Source: a virus
Taxonomy: Duplodnaviria; Caudoviricetes
Reading direction: 5' to 3' (one strand)
IMG/VR virus record: IMGVR_UViG_3300011335_000666
Span: 1-26,907 of that record
Length of the DNA: 26,907 nucleotides
Positions within the stretch are counted from its first letter, which is position 1, and each line of letters starts with the position of its first letter. This document shows, piece by piece, positions 26,142-26,907 of the stretch. The notes beneath the pieces were generated by a model. It was not told the DNA's origin and searched no databases. It saw nothing but the letters and a program-made list of their open reading frames with translations. The translations under genes and the position numbers were made by a program.

Positions 26142-26507
26142 TTATCGTGTTACTTCTTTACTTACAAATGCAGGACCTTGTAATAATCTTGTTACTACGC
26201 TACCTGATGTTATTTCCAAATCATATGATGCTGAGTCAAATGTTAGTGCTGATGATGAAGCTGCTGATATTACTATACCAATAGTGCCACTTACACCTCC
26301 AAATGTTAATCCAGTACCATCGGCTTGTAATGAACTGCTTAATGTAAGGTAAGTAGTAGGATTACTATCAGCATATCCTGATCTAATTTGCATTTTACCG
26401 CTATAGCCTGTTAAATCAACAGCGGCATTAGCTGAATCTTTATATGCTAAACTAAGGTTTAGTGTAGCACCTTGTTCTATCAATAATGTGTATTTTCCTG
26501 CTGGCAT
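26142..26507 (-). CDS. Tail fibre adaptor / BppU-N-like protein
   Basis: 121 aa with IEQGAT...DLTGYSGKMQIR...YDLEI...RLLQG...VSKEVTR pattern common in virion adaptor proteins preceding fibre genes. Confidence 0.65.
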   Translation of the reverse strand: MPAGKYTLLIEQGATLNLSLAYKDSANAAVDLTGYSGKMQIRSGYADSNPTTYLTLSSSLQADGTGLTFGGVSGTIGIVISAASSSALTFDSASYDLEITSGSVVTRLLQGPAFVSKEVTR

Positions 26508-26525
26508 TATTATTGTTATTTATGT

Positions 26526-26533
26526 ATAAATAT
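26526..26533 (-). promoter_or_regulatory. ATATTTAT late-promoter-like motif
   Basis: Exact copy 18 nt upstream of the ATG at 26507. Confidence 0.6.
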
Positions 26534-26539
26534 TGGATA

Positions 26540-26907
26540 TTATGATTCTGGTATTTTAGGTCCAATCCATTTTCCACCTATTGATTTTAATATCATCATT
26601 ATATTTGGTTCCATAAGAGACCAACCGCTACCCCCAGATAATTTATACGGTGCATTTGTTCCAAACTGAAATTGATTGGTTTGATCTGAGTTTATTAGGC
26701 ATATTTCCCTACCTGGGAATAAGGTAGGATCTGGTAAATTTAGATTATAATTAAGTGTATTATCTCCAGTAGTTATTCTAAATACCCCCCATGATGTTAT
26801 AGTATATGCAGCAGATGATAAATCAATATTATCTACTGTAGTTGGTTCTAATGTTATATCGTTTAGTGTTGCTAATCCTGAAATAGTTACATCCCCCAGT
26901 GTTGATA
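26540..26907 (-). CDS. C-terminal part of a probable tail fibre / virion protein (runs off the right edge)
   Basis: Not in the ORF track; open frame STLGDVTISGLATLNDITLEP...NLNLPDPTLFPGREICLINSD...GGKWIGPKIPES* ending in TAA at 26540; the LP.P....GR...IN pattern is common in fibre C-terminal domains. Confidence 0.65.
   Translation of the reverse strand, partial: STLGDVTISGLATLNDITLEPTTVDNIDLSSAAYTITSWGVFRITTGDNTLNYNLNLPDPTLFPGREICLINSDQTNQFQFGTNAPYKLSGGSGWSLMEPNIMMILKSIGGKWIGPKIPES

Noticed and set aside
516-26284. Other short plus-strand ORFs in the track
   Set aside because: All overlap well-supported minus-strand genes and show no recognisable motifs.
26119-26352. 77-aa ORF listed on the minus strand
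   Set aside because: Overlaps the better-supported 121-aa adaptor gene, and the listed peptide reads like its antisense shadow.
1-26907. Stop-codon reassignment
   Set aside because: Long genes are intact in the standard code; TAG ends the sheath and chaperone genes and TGA is used in ATGA overlaps.

Overview
AT-rich segment of a large contractile-tailed (myovirus-type) bacteriophage genome. All credible genes are on the minus strand. In transcription order (right to left) it holds: tail fibre/adaptor genes, three tandem glycine-rich paralogues, small membrane and Zn-binding proteins, tail sheath, tail tube, an inserted cassette of five small membrane/lipoprotein genes, a tail assembly chaperone, tape measure, baseplate/tube-initiator and LysM/gpX-like proteins, a large baseplate hub-type lysin, and a replication/recombination block (highly reduced family A DNA polymerase, conserved small protein, gp32-like SSB, RecA/UvsX-like recombinase). 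A Bacteroidota host is inferred from TTTG-N19/20-TAnnTTnn promoter-like elements and A-rich starts without Shine-Dalgarno sequences. The most notable observations are: (1) a 430-aa PolA-family protein that appears to lack most of the thumb and has His at the sugar steric-gate position; (2) an annexin-like repeat fused after the amidase domain of the tail lysin; (3) a probable +1/-2 programmed frameshift at a T7 run that extends the tail chaperone into an ORF missing from the ORF track; (4) a recurrent ATATTTAT late-promoter-like motif. All assignments come from motif recognition by eye; no database searches were run.
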